64,000 nucleotides of DNA from contig CAXXWX010000003.1 of NCBI GenBank assembly GCA_963675745.2, positions 160,001 to 224,000 of the forward strand, in the 5' to 3' direction. The notes below the pieces were generated by a model. That model saw only the letters and a list, made by a program, of their open reading frames with translations, was not told the origin of the DNA and made no database searches. The DNA comes from Phycisphaerae bacterium (lineage in GTDB: Bacteria > Planctomycetota > Phycisphaerae > UBA1845 > Fen-1342). The position numbers and the translations under genes are program-made. Positions 20,984 to 30,692 of this stretch are shown in pieces; position 1 is the stretch's first letter; each line of letters begins with the position of its first letter.

Positions 20984-21466
20984 TCATGTCCCGAACCACT
21001 CTAGATGCACGACAACCACCCCTGTGTCATCGTCTTCAATTAGTACATTCAGGTATCTGGCATCTGGCAATCGCACTTGCGTTGATTTGTACGAACCGCC
21101 CTCGTGCCCCCGTGCTCGGGGTGGCTTCACGAATCTGTGGTCGTCTCGCCATTCTGCGCCCAATAAGGTCGTCGACGCAAGGAATGAGGTGGCTCCATCG
21201 TCATTAAGTTCAAGTATTATAAAGTACGCGCAGCCGTCCATCCCCTGCTCCGTGACACACTCTCTGATCGTAGCGTCGTGCGGAATGCAGAGTCCCACAT
21301 CGTTCGTCAGGTGCTGCAGCACCGTTGCGGAGTCCGGTGCGTTCGTGGCACGCCCGTTGTCCCAGCCGAGGTACCACAAGGCGCACTCCTCGCCGAAGAG
21401 CGCCAGTGGGATGAGTATCAACCCGCCAACGAACAAGACCGCAACTCCCACACAGATGTTCCGCAT
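20984..21466 (-). CDS. putative immunity protein (N-terminal membrane anchor/signal)
   Basis: Directly downstream of an Rhs toxin tip; lower GC; hydrophobic N-terminus. Confidence 0.65.
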   Translation of the reverse strand: MRNICVGVAVLFVGGLILIPLALFGEECALWYLGWDNGRATNAPDSATVLQHLTNDVGLCIPHDATIRECVTEQGMDGCAYFIILELNDDGATSFLASTTLLGAEWRDDHRFVKPPRARGHEGGSYKSTQVRLPDARYLNVLIEDDDTGVVVVHLEWFGT

Positions 21467-21500
21467 GTCGAGCTCCGCGTTGGTTAGAAAGACGCATCGA

Positions 21501-22865
21501 TCATTTCCGTAGCGTTCCGGTGCCATCAAATCGCTCGCCAGCGCACCATTCTACGGCCTTCTTGCAGAAGCCGTACATCTCGAACTCCTGCGCGATGCCT
21601 GCCTCGTGCAGCGCCCCCAAGGTCACGTCCTTCACAGTCTCGCCCGCGATTGTCACAGCCTTGTTCTTGTCCCAGTTATACTTGTCACTGAACATGAAGT
21701 AAAAGGCCATCTTGTATCGACATCCCGAGCCCTTGTGCTTGGTCACCGCCGCGCGACCGCACGCGGAGTACCCGTGAACGGCATAGTACCAATTCCAATT
21801 CTCAGACATTGGGTTGCTTCCTCGCGTCCATGTGCCGACAATCCAGAAAAACGGCTTGTCTAACACGCTTTCCGCGAATGTCATGGCATGGTTCATCTCT
21901 TGATACAGGTGTTTCTTTGCGCTAGGAGACTCGCTGACCATTCCGCAGACATCTACTCGATACTTCTGCCCCGTGTTTCCGAGATAGTGACGCATGTGGG
22001 CGGCTGCGTCGTCCATCGAGAGGTCGGCGGCGCGCGAAGCATTTCTGAACCACTCAGAGCGTGCACCATGGTCGTCAAGCGTCGCCGGCCGCGAACCATG
22101 TGGTCCAGAGCCTTTGTCAAACGGCGGCTTGGGGTATAGATCCCTACCAACGCGATAGGTCCCCAACCCAGGGTAGTCGACGCCCTGAAGCGGTCCGTTG
22201 CGGAGAAAGACATGCACGTTTGGCGAGTCATTCTCCCCAATCGGATCCCGATTCAACCAGCGCCCCAGCCACGGCACGTAATACCTGAAGCCGAAGTACA
22301 CGAAGCCGGTCTCGTCGTCGTGGTACTTCGTGCTGAAGCGGAAGGGGTTCTCTTCGGCGTAGTCGCCGGTCATGCTCAGCACGGTGCCGTAGGGCGAGTA
22401 CTGGTAATGGGCCTTGGTTGACCAGTAGAAAGTCGTGGGCGTCGCCTGGTAGTTCACCACCTGGCCGACGTTGCCGTTGGCGTCGTAGAAGTAGAGGTAC
22501 TTCTCGTCGTCGCTGGTTGTGACGGTGCCCTGCGTGTCGTACGTGGCAAGGAGGCCGCCGATGCCGCCGGCGCCGTCGAGGCTTGACCGGTTGGAAACCG
22601 GTCCCACAAGGCCGGACAGGTCCGGGCCCCAGGTGTAGCTGCGGATCACAGGCGGGACGCCTGTGCCACCCTCATTCATCCCGTCACGCTCCATCAACAG
22701 CCGCCAGCCGTGGTAGACGAACTTCACGTCGGCGACCGTCTGCCACTGCTGCTGAGCCGCATTATACTCCTCGACCAGCTTGCGCACACGCCGACCGAGA
22801 TGGTCGTACGTGAAACGCAGACGCAGATCTCCATCCGCCGGGTCGCCCACCGGATCGACGGCGAT
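21501..22865 (-). CDS. orphan Rhs core + C-terminal toxin (colicin M-like motifs)
   Basis: YDANGNV, YSPYG, FRFSTKYHDDETGFVYFGFRYY, GRWLNRDPIGE, VDYPGL, then a divergent tip; no convincing start, so probably a silent cassette. Confidence 0.85.
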   Translation of the reverse strand: MAVDPVGDPADGDLRLRFTYDHLGRRVRKLVEEYNAAQQQWQTVADVKFVYHGWRLLMERDGMNEGGTGVPPVIRSYTWGPDLSGLVGPVSNRSSLDGAGGIGGLLATYDTQGTVTTSDDEKYLYFYDANGNVGQVVNYQATPTTFYWSTKAHYQYSPYGTVLSMTGDYAEENPFRFSTKYHDDETGFVYFGFRYYVPWLGRWLNRDPIGENDSPNVHVFLRNGPLQGVDYPGLGTYRVGRDLYPKPPFDKGSGPHGSRPATLDDHGARSEWFRNASRAADLSMDDAAAHMRHYLGNTGQKYRVDVCGMVSESPSAKKHLYQEMNHAMTFAESVLDKPFFWIVGTWTRGSNPMSENWNWYYAVHGYSACGRAAVTKHKGSGCRYKMAFYFMFSDKYNWDKNKAVTIAGETVKDVTLGALHEAGIAQEFEMYGFCKKAVEWCAGERFDGTGTLRK

Positions 22866-23587
22866 TAGCCAAACCCTGAGTCTGCTAGATCTTCCGACAG
22901 ATGGTCGAACACTGTGAGCATTTCAGGGTTTGCCGTGACAATCTCATCAAACAGTGACGGCCACCTCCCATTTGACGTGCCGAGCGACCCATCCTGAAAG
23001 CGCGCCTGCGTCTCATCGCTGGGATCTGCAATGATCTTGTGCCACCACTGCACACCAGCCAGTGTCCGCGCAAGCAATAGCGAGATCGCGATGCAGTATT
23101 CACTAGAGTCCATGGCCGTGTCTTCGTTCGGATAGTTGAGCGCGTGCCACGCAAGAAACTGAGCCGCCGGCAACGACCAGTAGTGCTCCAACTTGCAGCA
23201 GGCCGCCACGAAGAAGACAATCTGCTCATCCGGAAAGCCTCCTATGGGACGCACCCCCTGTGTGGTCAACTGCAGGTACCAGAGTTGAGCAAACAGAAAC
23301 AGCTTCTGCTCGTCCTCCGATACGCCAGTCCCCAGATATGCCAAGTTGTATTCGCTCAGCGTGTTCAGCATTATCCGTCGACCTTCCTCGTCGGGGAGCA
23401 CCGGGAATGCTGGGACGTCGCCGCTGAAGAATGAATCAACGCACTCGATTTCTGAAAAAGGCCTGTCTATCAACAGGTAAAGGTTGTTCAGCAACCGCAG
23501 GATGTCCGCCCGCTTCACATCACGTACCAACATCGCTAGGAGAGCGGTTTCGTTCGATAGTATGCTGAGAATGTCCGGCACGATCAA
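22865..23587 (-). CDS. putative cytoplasmic immunity protein
   Basis: Follows an Rhs toxin tip; lower GC; acidic and helical; GAGGAG RBS near start. Confidence 0.65.
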   Translation of the reverse strand: MIVPDILSILSNETALLAMLVRDVKRADILRLLNNLYLLIDRPFSEIECVDSFFSGDVPAFPVLPDEEGRRIMLNTLSEYNLAYLGTGVSEDEQKLFLFAQLWYLQLTTQGVRPIGGFPDEQIVFFVAACCKLEHYWSLPAAQFLAWHALNYPNEDTAMDSSEYCIAISLLLARTLAGVQWWHKIIADPSDETQARFQDGSLGTSNGRWPSLFDEIVTANPEMLTVFDHLSEDLADSGFG

Positions 23588-23662
23588 CTCCTCAAGCGAT
23601 GACAGTCATTCACCTCGGCGATGATACGCCCGCACCCGCAGCCTAGTTGCGCGCGAAGGACG

Positions 23663-25156
23663 TCATCGCGAAATACCGTACATCTCATTAATATACTCGT
23701 CCCTCACTTGTTTGGACAGCCAGTCATTTCGGTCGCTGTTTATGAATGTGGTCGGATCGATGGGGCCTGGGACGAGTTCTCGATGATCGCACCAGCACTC
23801 GTTAAACAAGCGCTCCCAGCAGTGCTCGGCGCGCCGCAAAGCCATGCCTGCCTGATCTATGTGTCCTCTTAGAACCCGCATAAGGGTGTTGATATCATAT
23901 CCACCCGATGCTCCAAGGCAATTCTGGTCCCACTCGTACCGTCGGCGCAAACACTCCAGGTTCCGGTCAAAACGGTGGCGCAGTTCGCCGCACTCGGTCC
24001 TCGGCACGCGTGCTGTGAGTTTCTCCTTCTTACAACTCACATCGCCGTCACAGGCGTTCTTGTATTGATCGTAGAGTGCGTCGCAGCGTTTGGCACTGTA
24101 GCCCGGACCGTACTTACGCAATGGCGGATGGGGCAGAGGCTCTGGGAGAGGATCTGGCTGCGGCCCGAAGACTATTTGGGGCTCCGGTCCCGGCCCCATA
24201 ATGACACACCAGAACGGACCACAGACTAACACTTGTGATGAAGCGGCGGCCGGCGCGGCCCACGTCCATAGGGACGGATCCAGATAGGGCGAAGGTGCCG
24301 GGCATGGCTCCGGAACCGGCGGCGTCCACGGTGCGTACTCGGGCGGGAGTGGCAGGGGAGACGGTCGTAGCAAGGGGGGCAGAAGGTCAAATCCCGGGCG
24401 GTGCCCAAACGGATCTATGCCATTGACTGGGCGTCCCTCCACGAAAGCGTACAGATGCGCCCCACCCTCCTCCCCAATCGGATCCCGATTCAGCCAGCGC
24501 CCCAGCCACGGCACGTAATACCTGAAGCCGAAATACACGAAGCCGGTCTCGTCGTCGTGGTACTTCGTGCTGAAGCGGAACGGGTTCTCTTCGGCGTAGT
24601 CGCCGGTCATGCTCAGCACGGTGCCGTAGGGCGAGTATTGGTAGTGGGCTTTGGTTGACCAGTAGAAAGTCGTGGGCGTCGCCTGGTAGTTCACCACCTG
24701 GCCGACGTTGCCGTTGGCGTCGTAGAAGTAGAGGTACTTCTCGTCGTCGCTGGTTGTGACGGTGCCCTGCGTGTCGTACGTGGCGAGGAGACCGCCGATG
24801 CCGCCAGCGCCGTCGAGGCTTGACCGGTTGGAAACCGGTCCCACAAGGCCGGACAGATCCAGGCCCCAGGTGTATTTGTGCGTGACCACGTCGTTGTTCG
24901 TCCCGTCGCGCTCGATCAACAGCCGCCAGCCGTGGTAGACGAACTTCACGTCGGCGACCGTCTGCCACTGCTGCTGAGCCGCATTATACTCCTCGACCAG
25001 CTTACGCACACGCCGACCGAGATGATCGTACGTGAACCGCAGACGCACGTCGCCGTCCGTCGGGTCGCCGGACGGATCGACGGCGATTAGCCGATTCTCG
25101 GCGTCGTAGGCGAACAGCCGATCGAGCACGCCACTGCCGCCGTCATGCGGGCGCAC
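23663..25156 (-). CDS. orphan Rhs core + C-terminal Cys-rich toxin (Ntox16-like)
   Basis: Same Rhs core, PVNGIDPFGH cleavage motif, Pro-rich linker, Cys-rich tip with GG...GH motif. Confidence 0.85.
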   Translation of the reverse strand: MRPHDGGSGVLDRLFAYDAENRLIAVDPSGDPTDGDVRLRFTYDHLGRRVRKLVEEYNAAQQQWQTVADVKFVYHGWRLLIERDGTNNDVVTHKYTWGLDLSGLVGPVSNRSSLDGAGGIGGLLATYDTQGTVTTSDDEKYLYFYDANGNVGQVVNYQATPTTFYWSTKAHYQYSPYGTVLSMTGDYAEENPFRFSTKYHDDETGFVYFGFRYYVPWLGRWLNRDPIGEEGGAHLYAFVEGRPVNGIDPFGHRPGFDLLPPLLRPSPLPLPPEYAPWTPPVPEPCPAPSPYLDPSLWTWAAPAAASSQVLVCGPFWCVIMGPGPEPQIVFGPQPDPLPEPLPHPPLRKYGPGYSAKRCDALYDQYKNACDGDVSCKKEKLTARVPRTECGELRHRFDRNLECLRRRYEWDQNCLGASGGYDINTLMRVLRGHIDQAGMALRRAEHCWERLFNECWCDHRELVPGPIDPTTFINSDRNDWLSKQVRDEYINEMYGISR

Positions 25157-25366
25157 TGACGTTGGTACGCCGTTTGCGCAGGCCGTGCAACAACACGAAC
25201 CATAGCATGGCGTGCAGGCTGTGCCTCGGCAGACTTGATGCGAACAGCGCGTGACTGTTTCAAGCGCACCAATCGCATGTCAATGGTGGTGTGCGTCTTG
25301 CCGGACCAACAACGATGCACGCAAAGGCGAATCAGCGCGATGAGTCAGGACGCCACCTGCGCCGGA

Positions 25367-25891
25367 TCAGTTGGCGAACGTCGTCCCGGTTGTATAGACG
25401 TATTCGACGTCGGCTTCCCAATCCGGCGTCACACGCGTCGCCGTGACCAGGAATTTCGCGTAGCCGTCAACGCATTTGACGACGTATACGTGACCGACCT
25501 GCAAAGCCGGCAGATCCTGCCCGGGCCCGCCGTCCCAAGTCGTGGGAATGGTCGTAACCGAGCTGAGCGCGACGGCGCCCATGTCTGAGATGAAGTTCTC
25601 GGTGGTGGTGTTCAGGCTGGGTCGGAACCAGACTTCCGTATCCGAGCCCACCCAGTTGTTCGGCGACGGCGCCCAGCCGATCATGTCGCCGTCGCTGTCG
25701 GCCAGGTCGCCGGTGGTCATATCGCCCGCCGTGCCGGCGGAAAAATCAACGCCCGCATGCGTCAGCGTCAACGTCGCCGTCCCCGCCCCGCCGTCAAGTC
25801 CTCTGTCCAATGTCAGGGGACAGCCCCCGGTTGAAAGCAATACGCATCCCAATGCCATAAGCAAAGTAACCGCGGACAATCTGGTGCTCAT
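25367..25891 (-). CDS. secreted/lipoprotein-like hypothetical protein
   Basis: Signal peptide ending TGGCP; beta-rich acidic body (GHVYVVKCVDGYAKF). Confidence 0.7.
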   Translation of the reverse strand: MSTRLSAVTLLMALGCVLLSTGGCPLTLDRGLDGGAGTATLTLTHAGVDFSAGTAGDMTTGDLADSDGDMIGWAPSPNNWVGSDTEVWFRPSLNTTTENFISDMGAVALSSVTTIPTTWDGGPGQDLPALQVGHVYVVKCVDGYAKFLVTATRVTPDWEADVEYVYTTGTTFAN

Positions 25892-26179
25892 GTAACTTCT
25901 CCTGGGAATATTCCTGTAAAGCGCGTCATAACGAACTGCCACGCCGCGATATTGTCGTTATCGGCCTGATGCACGCCGTCGCGCCAAGAATAACTCGCCG
26001 GGTGCCGCTGCCGTGTCAGCAGCGCTGGATAGACGGGGACAGCGTGGCTGTTGAGGAAAAACCGCAGGCTTGTGGGTTTATGCCGCGTGTCGCGTTGGCG
26101 CTGCTTGCCTGTCGCCTTGTTCTGAAGTAAACTTGGCTGCCACGACGGTTTACGTCGATGTTAACCGTCGGTTTGACAA

Positions 26180-26269
26180 GGAGAGGTGGGTGAGTGGCTG
26201 AAACCACCGGTTTGCTAAACCGACGTACGCTTTAACGGCGTACCGCGGGTTCGAATCCCGCCCTCTCCG
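26180..26269 (+). tRNA. tRNA-Ser (GCT)
   Basis: Acceptor GGAGAGG/CCTCTCC, anticodon loop TTGCTAA, long variable arm GTACGC-TTTAACG-GCGTAC, T-loop GGTTCGAATCC. Confidence 0.95.
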
Positions 26270-26402
26270 TTGGTCTTACGGCCTGTTGGTCCTAAGTGCT
26301 GGGCTGGCAGGCCGTTAGCGTTCCGGGATGGTCCCGGAGAATCCCGTTTGTGGCGTTGTTTGTGGCGTTTTGTAGCGCCAGGATTCTCCGAGGAGCACAC
26401 CA

Positions 26403-26603
26403 ATGGCACGCAAGATCCGATCGTTCCGTGTGGGTAAGGTCGCCGTCTATCTGCGAGGCAAAATCTGGTATCTGTGCTACCACGAGAACGGGCAGCGCCG
26501 CCGGCCGCGGGTTGGCGGCGACAAAGCCGAGCCGAACAAAAGCTACGACGCCAAGGCTGAGGAATGGAGGTCTCGGCTCGACCAATGGCGTGAACGACAG
26601 TAG
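26403..26603 (+). pseudogene. truncated tyrosine integrase (N-terminal arm-binding region only)
   Basis: RBS GAGGAG; MARKIRSFRVGKVAVYLRGKIWYLCYHENGQRRRPRVG resembles integrase N-termini; sits next to attL; no catalytic domain follows. Confidence 0.65.
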
Positions 26604-27128
26604 CGTCGGCGCCGTGCTCGAGTCTACCTGGCTGTGTGATGACGTCATAGCGACAGCCGCACGCAGACCACGTGAGAGAAGAGGAATACATGGGTAGCCG
26701 ACGGCCCGTCGCCGCACGGGAGTAAGGAGGTGGTCTGCGCCAGTCCGCCGGGCACCCTCGATACGCCCCCAAAAACACGCCCAGCAACACGCACACCCCC
26801 AACCAAAGGCATGCGGATGAACAATGCGGGCCAAGTTGATGCAGCTCGGTAGCCGCCGGGAGACTCTGCCGCCGGCGTACACCGGTGATGCAGGCCCCAA
26901 TCATCGGAATCGCGATGATTTCGCCACGATCGCTCAGTTCGGGTCGCTTAGGGGTGAATCGTAGTGGGTTGCCCAGGAGAGCACGAAACGCATCACCCGT
27001 TGTGAATCAACGAGGACGGAGTTTTCCGAAGGGACAGCTCCTCCGCGGCCCGGTCGCGCGAATCAGGGTTCCCTCGGCCCCGTCCGACGTGCTAGAATGC
27101 GTACTGGGAAATCAGGCCGCCGGAGCGG

Positions 27129-29432
27129 ATGCGCTGGAATGCAGATTGGGTGACCCGGATGATGTTGATGAGTTCGCGATTGCAAGCGTTTTCAGACTGT
27201 AGGCGAGGATGGTGGCTCATGGGGCTGCTGTTGACGCTCGCGATTGGGTTCAGCCCTGCCGTCGGCATTGAGACGCTGGTTGCCAGCTATGAGCCCACCG
27301 AGACGCAACTCACGGTGTCACCGGGCGGCGCGGATGCCGGGCTCACCGTGACGCGGGTGTTGGGTGGTGCCGGCGGCGCGCCAGCCGCCACGCATGGCGC
27401 ATATGTGCTGAAGGTCGCGTTCGAGGACGAGGATGGGAAGGTCGAGTACCGACAGGACTGGTTGACGCCCGCCTATTCGCTGGCCGGCTATGAGGCCTTG
27501 CTGGCCGACGTGTACATCGAGACCCCTTCGGCGCTGCCGGGCCTGATGGGCATCTGGTCGACCAACTGGAGTCCACCCGATGCCTGGGAACAAGCGACCG
27601 ATATCCCGACCACGACCGGGCAGTGGACGACTATCTCCGTCGACGTTTCCGACCGGGAGCAGATCGGGTTGAGCCAGATCTGGGCCTTCATCTTCCAGGA
27701 CATGCCCGGCACCGACGGTGTGGCGTATGTGGACAACCTGCGCCTGTACGGCGTCGCGCCAGATCCCGTGCCGGTGGAATTGGCTGCCAACGCTTTTGAG
27801 ACCCACACGGAATTGGTGTGGAAACTCAGCGCCGGCCCGCAGCCCAGCGGCTACAACATCTACCGTGCCGATAGCGAGGCCGGCCCATTCGTCAAGCTCA
27901 ACGCGACGCCGCACGGCGATACGTTCTATTCCGAGAGCATTGGTAGCCGTACGCAGCGCTACTACTACCGCGTGACGGCCGTATTCGGCGAGACCGAGAC
28001 CGATCCGTCAAGCACCATATCGGCCCGTTTCAATGGGCTCGAGGATGACGAACTGCTTGACTTGGTGCAGCAGGCGGCGTTTGGCTACTTCTGGTTCCAC
28101 GGTCACCCGACCTGCGGCGCGGCGCGCGACAGCTATAACGGCTGGGGCGACACCATCGCCAGTGGCGGCACGGGCATGGGCATCATGTCGATCATTGTCG
28201 CGGCCGAGCGTAACTTCATAACGCGTGCCGACGCCGCCGACCGCGTCCGGCTGATCTGTGAGTTCCTCGAAGACACCTCCGACCGTTTTCACGGCGCGTG
28301 GCCGCACTGGATCAACGGCACAACCGGCGCGACGATTCCGTTCAGCACGCATGACGACGGCGCGGACCTGGTCGAGACGTCGTACGTCGTACAAGGGCTA
28401 CTTACCGCCCGCCAGTACTTTGACGGCGCTGGCGCGGTTGAGACCGAGATTCGCACACGCGCCACGCGCATGTGGCAAGCGGTCGAATGGGATTGGTTCC
28501 TGCGTTACCCCGGCGGGCAGGTGCTCTATTGGCACTGGTCGCCGAACCACGGCTGGACGATGGACATGCCGATCACGGGCTACAACGAGGCCATGATCGC
28601 GTACCTGCTCGCGATCGCCTCGCCGACGCATCCGATCCCCGCGTCGGCGTACTACAACGGCTGGGCGAGTTCGCCCTGGTACGCCAATGGCAACGAGTAT
28701 TACGGCTATAAGCAGTGGGTCGGGCAGGCGCTGGGCGGGCCGCTGTTCTTCACGCATTATTCGGCGTTGGGGTTTGATCCGCGCTTCTGGCGTGACGCGT
28801 TCTGCAACTATTACGACAACAGCCGCAACATCTCGCTCATTCACCGGGCTTACAGCGCCGACAACCCGTCGGAATACGAGGGGTACAACCGCTGGGCGTG
28901 GGGGCTGACCGCGAGCGAGTCGCCGCCGCCGACGTGGTACAGCGCGCATTCGCCGGCGAACGACAACGGCACAGTTTCGCCGACCGCGGCGCTAAGCGCC
29001 ACGGCCTATACGCCAGACGAATCGCTGGCGGCGATGCGGTACTTCTACGACGTGTACGGAAGCGCCGGGCTGTGGGGGCCATACGGGTTTGTGGACGCGT
29101 TCAACCCGACGGAGAATTGGTACTCCACGAATTACCTCTCGATCGACGAGGGGCCGATCGTCATCATGATCGAGAACTATCGCAGCGGGTTGTGCTGGCG
29201 ACTGTTCATGTCCAACCCGGAGATCAAGTCGATGCTGGAGGCGATCGGCTGGACGCTCGACGGCGATCTCGACAGCGACAGCAACGTTGACGCGGCCGAC
29301 CTGAGCCTGTTCGCGGGCTGCATGACCGGCCCCGACGGAGTGACCGGCTGCCCGGCGGCCGATCTCGATCTGGACGCAGATGCCGATATGCTCGATTTTG
29401 AGCGTATCCAACGGGCCGTCGGGCAACCCTGA
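27129..29432 (+). CDS. secreted GH144-like (glucoamylase family/DUF3131) endo-beta-1,2-glucanase with N-terminal CBM-like and Fn3-like domains and dockerin-like tail
   Basis: DGADLVETSY, LYWHWSP, GYNEAM, GGPLFFTHYS, WGLTAS, WGPYGFVDAFN, YLSIDEGPIVIMIENYRSGL; true start may be 27168 or 27219. Confidence 0.85.
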   Translation: MRWNADWVTRMMLMSSRLQAFSDCRRGWWLMGLLLTLAIGFSPAVGIETLVASYEPTETQLTVSPGGADAGLTVTRVLGGAGGAPAATHGAYVLKVAFEDEDGKVEYRQDWLTPAYSLAGYEALLADVYIETPSALPGLMGIWSTNWSPPDAWEQATDIPTTTGQWTTISVDVSDREQIGLSQIWAFIFQDMPGTDGVAYVDNLRLYGVAPDPVPVELAANAFETHTELVWKLSAGPQPSGYNIYRADSEAGPFVKLNATPHGDTFYSESIGSRTQRYYYRVTAVFGETETDPSSTISARFNGLEDDELLDLVQQAAFGYFWFHGHPTCGAARDSYNGWGDTIASGGTGMGIMSIIVAAERNFITRADAADRVRLICEFLEDTSDRFHGAWPHWINGTTGATIPFSTHDDGADLVETSYVVQGLLTARQYFDGAGAVETEIRTRATRMWQAVEWDWFLRYPGGQVLYWHWSPNHGWTMDMPITGYNEAMIAYLLAIASPTHPIPASAYYNGWASSPWYANGNEYYGYKQWVGQALGGPLFFTHYSALGFDPRFWRDAFCNYYDNSRNISLIHRAYSADNPSEYEGYNRWAWGLTASESPPPTWYSAHSPANDNGTVSPTAALSATAYTPDESLAAMRYFYDVYGSAGLWGPYGFVDAFNPTENWYSTNYLSIDEGPIVIMIENYRSGLCWRLFMSNPEIKSMLEAIGWTLDGDLDSDSNVDAADLSLFAGCMTGPDGVTGCPAADLDLDADADMLDFERIQRAVGQP

Positions 29433-29602
29433 TTTACTCGACGGAGCGCCCCCCCCGCGTGGCGGCAGTTGGACGCGGCGACACATTCAGAGCCCGAGCG
29501 CACGGGCCAGGGCCACGGCGTGCGCGACCTCATAACTCGTTTTCGGGTGCGTGCTTCCGTCTGACGCTGTCGGCCTGAAGCCTGCCGCCGACACCGCGTT
29601 CC

Positions 29603-30619
29603 CTACGTTCGCGCGGCATGGCCGCATGATTCGCGTACGATCAGTTTGGGTGGAAGCGACAAGCGGCGCGGCGGCCGCTGCATGTCGCCGATGCGTCCGC
29701 AAAGCAACTCGATCGCCGCGGCGCCCATTTTCGACATCGGGACGCGCACGGTTGTGAGTGGCGGATGCGTCATGCGCGCCACGCGCGTGTCATCGAAACC
29801 GACAACCGACAACTCCCGGGGCACCACGATTCCGGCCGCGTTCGCGGCCGCAAGAATCCCCGCCGCCATCTCGTCGTTGGCGGCGAAGACACAATTACCA
29901 TCCCCGACCCAGCGCCGCACGTATCGCGTTCCCAGCTTATAGGCCGTTTCATATTCGTAATCGAGATGAAACACGTCGTGCGGATCGATTGCCAGGCCGG
30001 TCTCGGTGAGCACCTGACGATAGGCCTCGAATCTGGCAATCGTGTCCACGTTGGTTTCCTGCCCGCCGATGAACACGACCCGCCGCGCGCCGCACTCGTG
30101 GACGACATGACGCATAAGCGCCGCGGCCCCCTGGCGCTGGTCGATCACAACGTTGTCATGCGGCCTACCGTTGACATCGCCATCCAGGACGACGATGGGC
30201 AGGCGCACCTGGGCGAGCACCTCCTGCATACGGTCGGTCAGCTCGGACACCATGACGGCCATTCCGTCAAGCAGGGTGTGTCGTTGGATCGCATTCAGGA
30301 GCGGTTGGCTGTCATCACGGTCGCGGGCCGAGAAGACGACGAGGTTGTACCCAGAGTCGCGCGCCTGGATATTCGCCCCGCGGATGATCTCCGAATAGAA
30401 CTCGCCGTGCAGATCCGGGAGCACGAGGCCGACGATCTCGCTGCGGCGAAGCATGAGGCCGCGCGCGAAGGCATTGGGCCGATAGCCGAGCTCATTGATC
30501 GCAATTTCGACGCGGGCGCGCGTCTTCTTATTCACCAACTCGCTGCGATTGACCACACGCGAGACGGTGCTGATGGATACGCTGGCTCGCTTGGCAACAT
30601 CCGCGATCGAGACTGTCAT
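29603..30619 (-). CDS. LacI family transcriptional regulator
   Basis: SIADVAKRASVSISTVSRVVN, YRPNAFARGL, NDEMA, SVVGFDD, PPLTTV. Confidence 0.95.
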   Translation of the reverse strand: MTVSIADVAKRASVSISTVSRVVNRSELVNKKTRARVEIAINELGYRPNAFARGLMLRRSEIVGLVLPDLHGEFYSEIIRGANIQARDSGYNLVVFSARDRDDSQPLLNAIQRHTLLDGMAVMVSELTDRMQEVLAQVRLPIVVLDGDVNGRPHDNVVIDQRQGAAALMRHVVHECGARRVVFIGGQETNVDTIARFEAYRQVLTETGLAIDPHDVFHLDYEYETAYKLGTRYVRRWVGDGNCVFAANDEMAAGILAAANAAGIVVPRELSVVGFDDTRVARMTHPPLTTVRVPMSKMGAAAIELLCGRIGDMQRPPRRLSLPPKLIVRESCGHAART

Positions 30620-30656
30620 GGTGCGACCTCATGCCCATCCACGCTGACGGTGTCGT

Positions 30657-30670
30657 TGACAGCGCTTTCA
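30657..30670. promoter_or_regulatory. LacI-type operator 1 (TGACAGCGCTTTCA)
   Basis: 14-bp palindrome between divergent lacI and GH144 genes; matches sites at 32190 and 42439. Confidence 0.75.
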
Positions 30671-30692
30671 TTCAAGGATACAGTCCCGGCCC

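Noticed and set aside
22235..25141. Template/variable repeat pair of a diversity-generating retroelement
   Set aside because: Differences checked between the copies are synonymous and not adenine-specific, and no reverse transcriptase is present; Rhs cassette duplication explains them.
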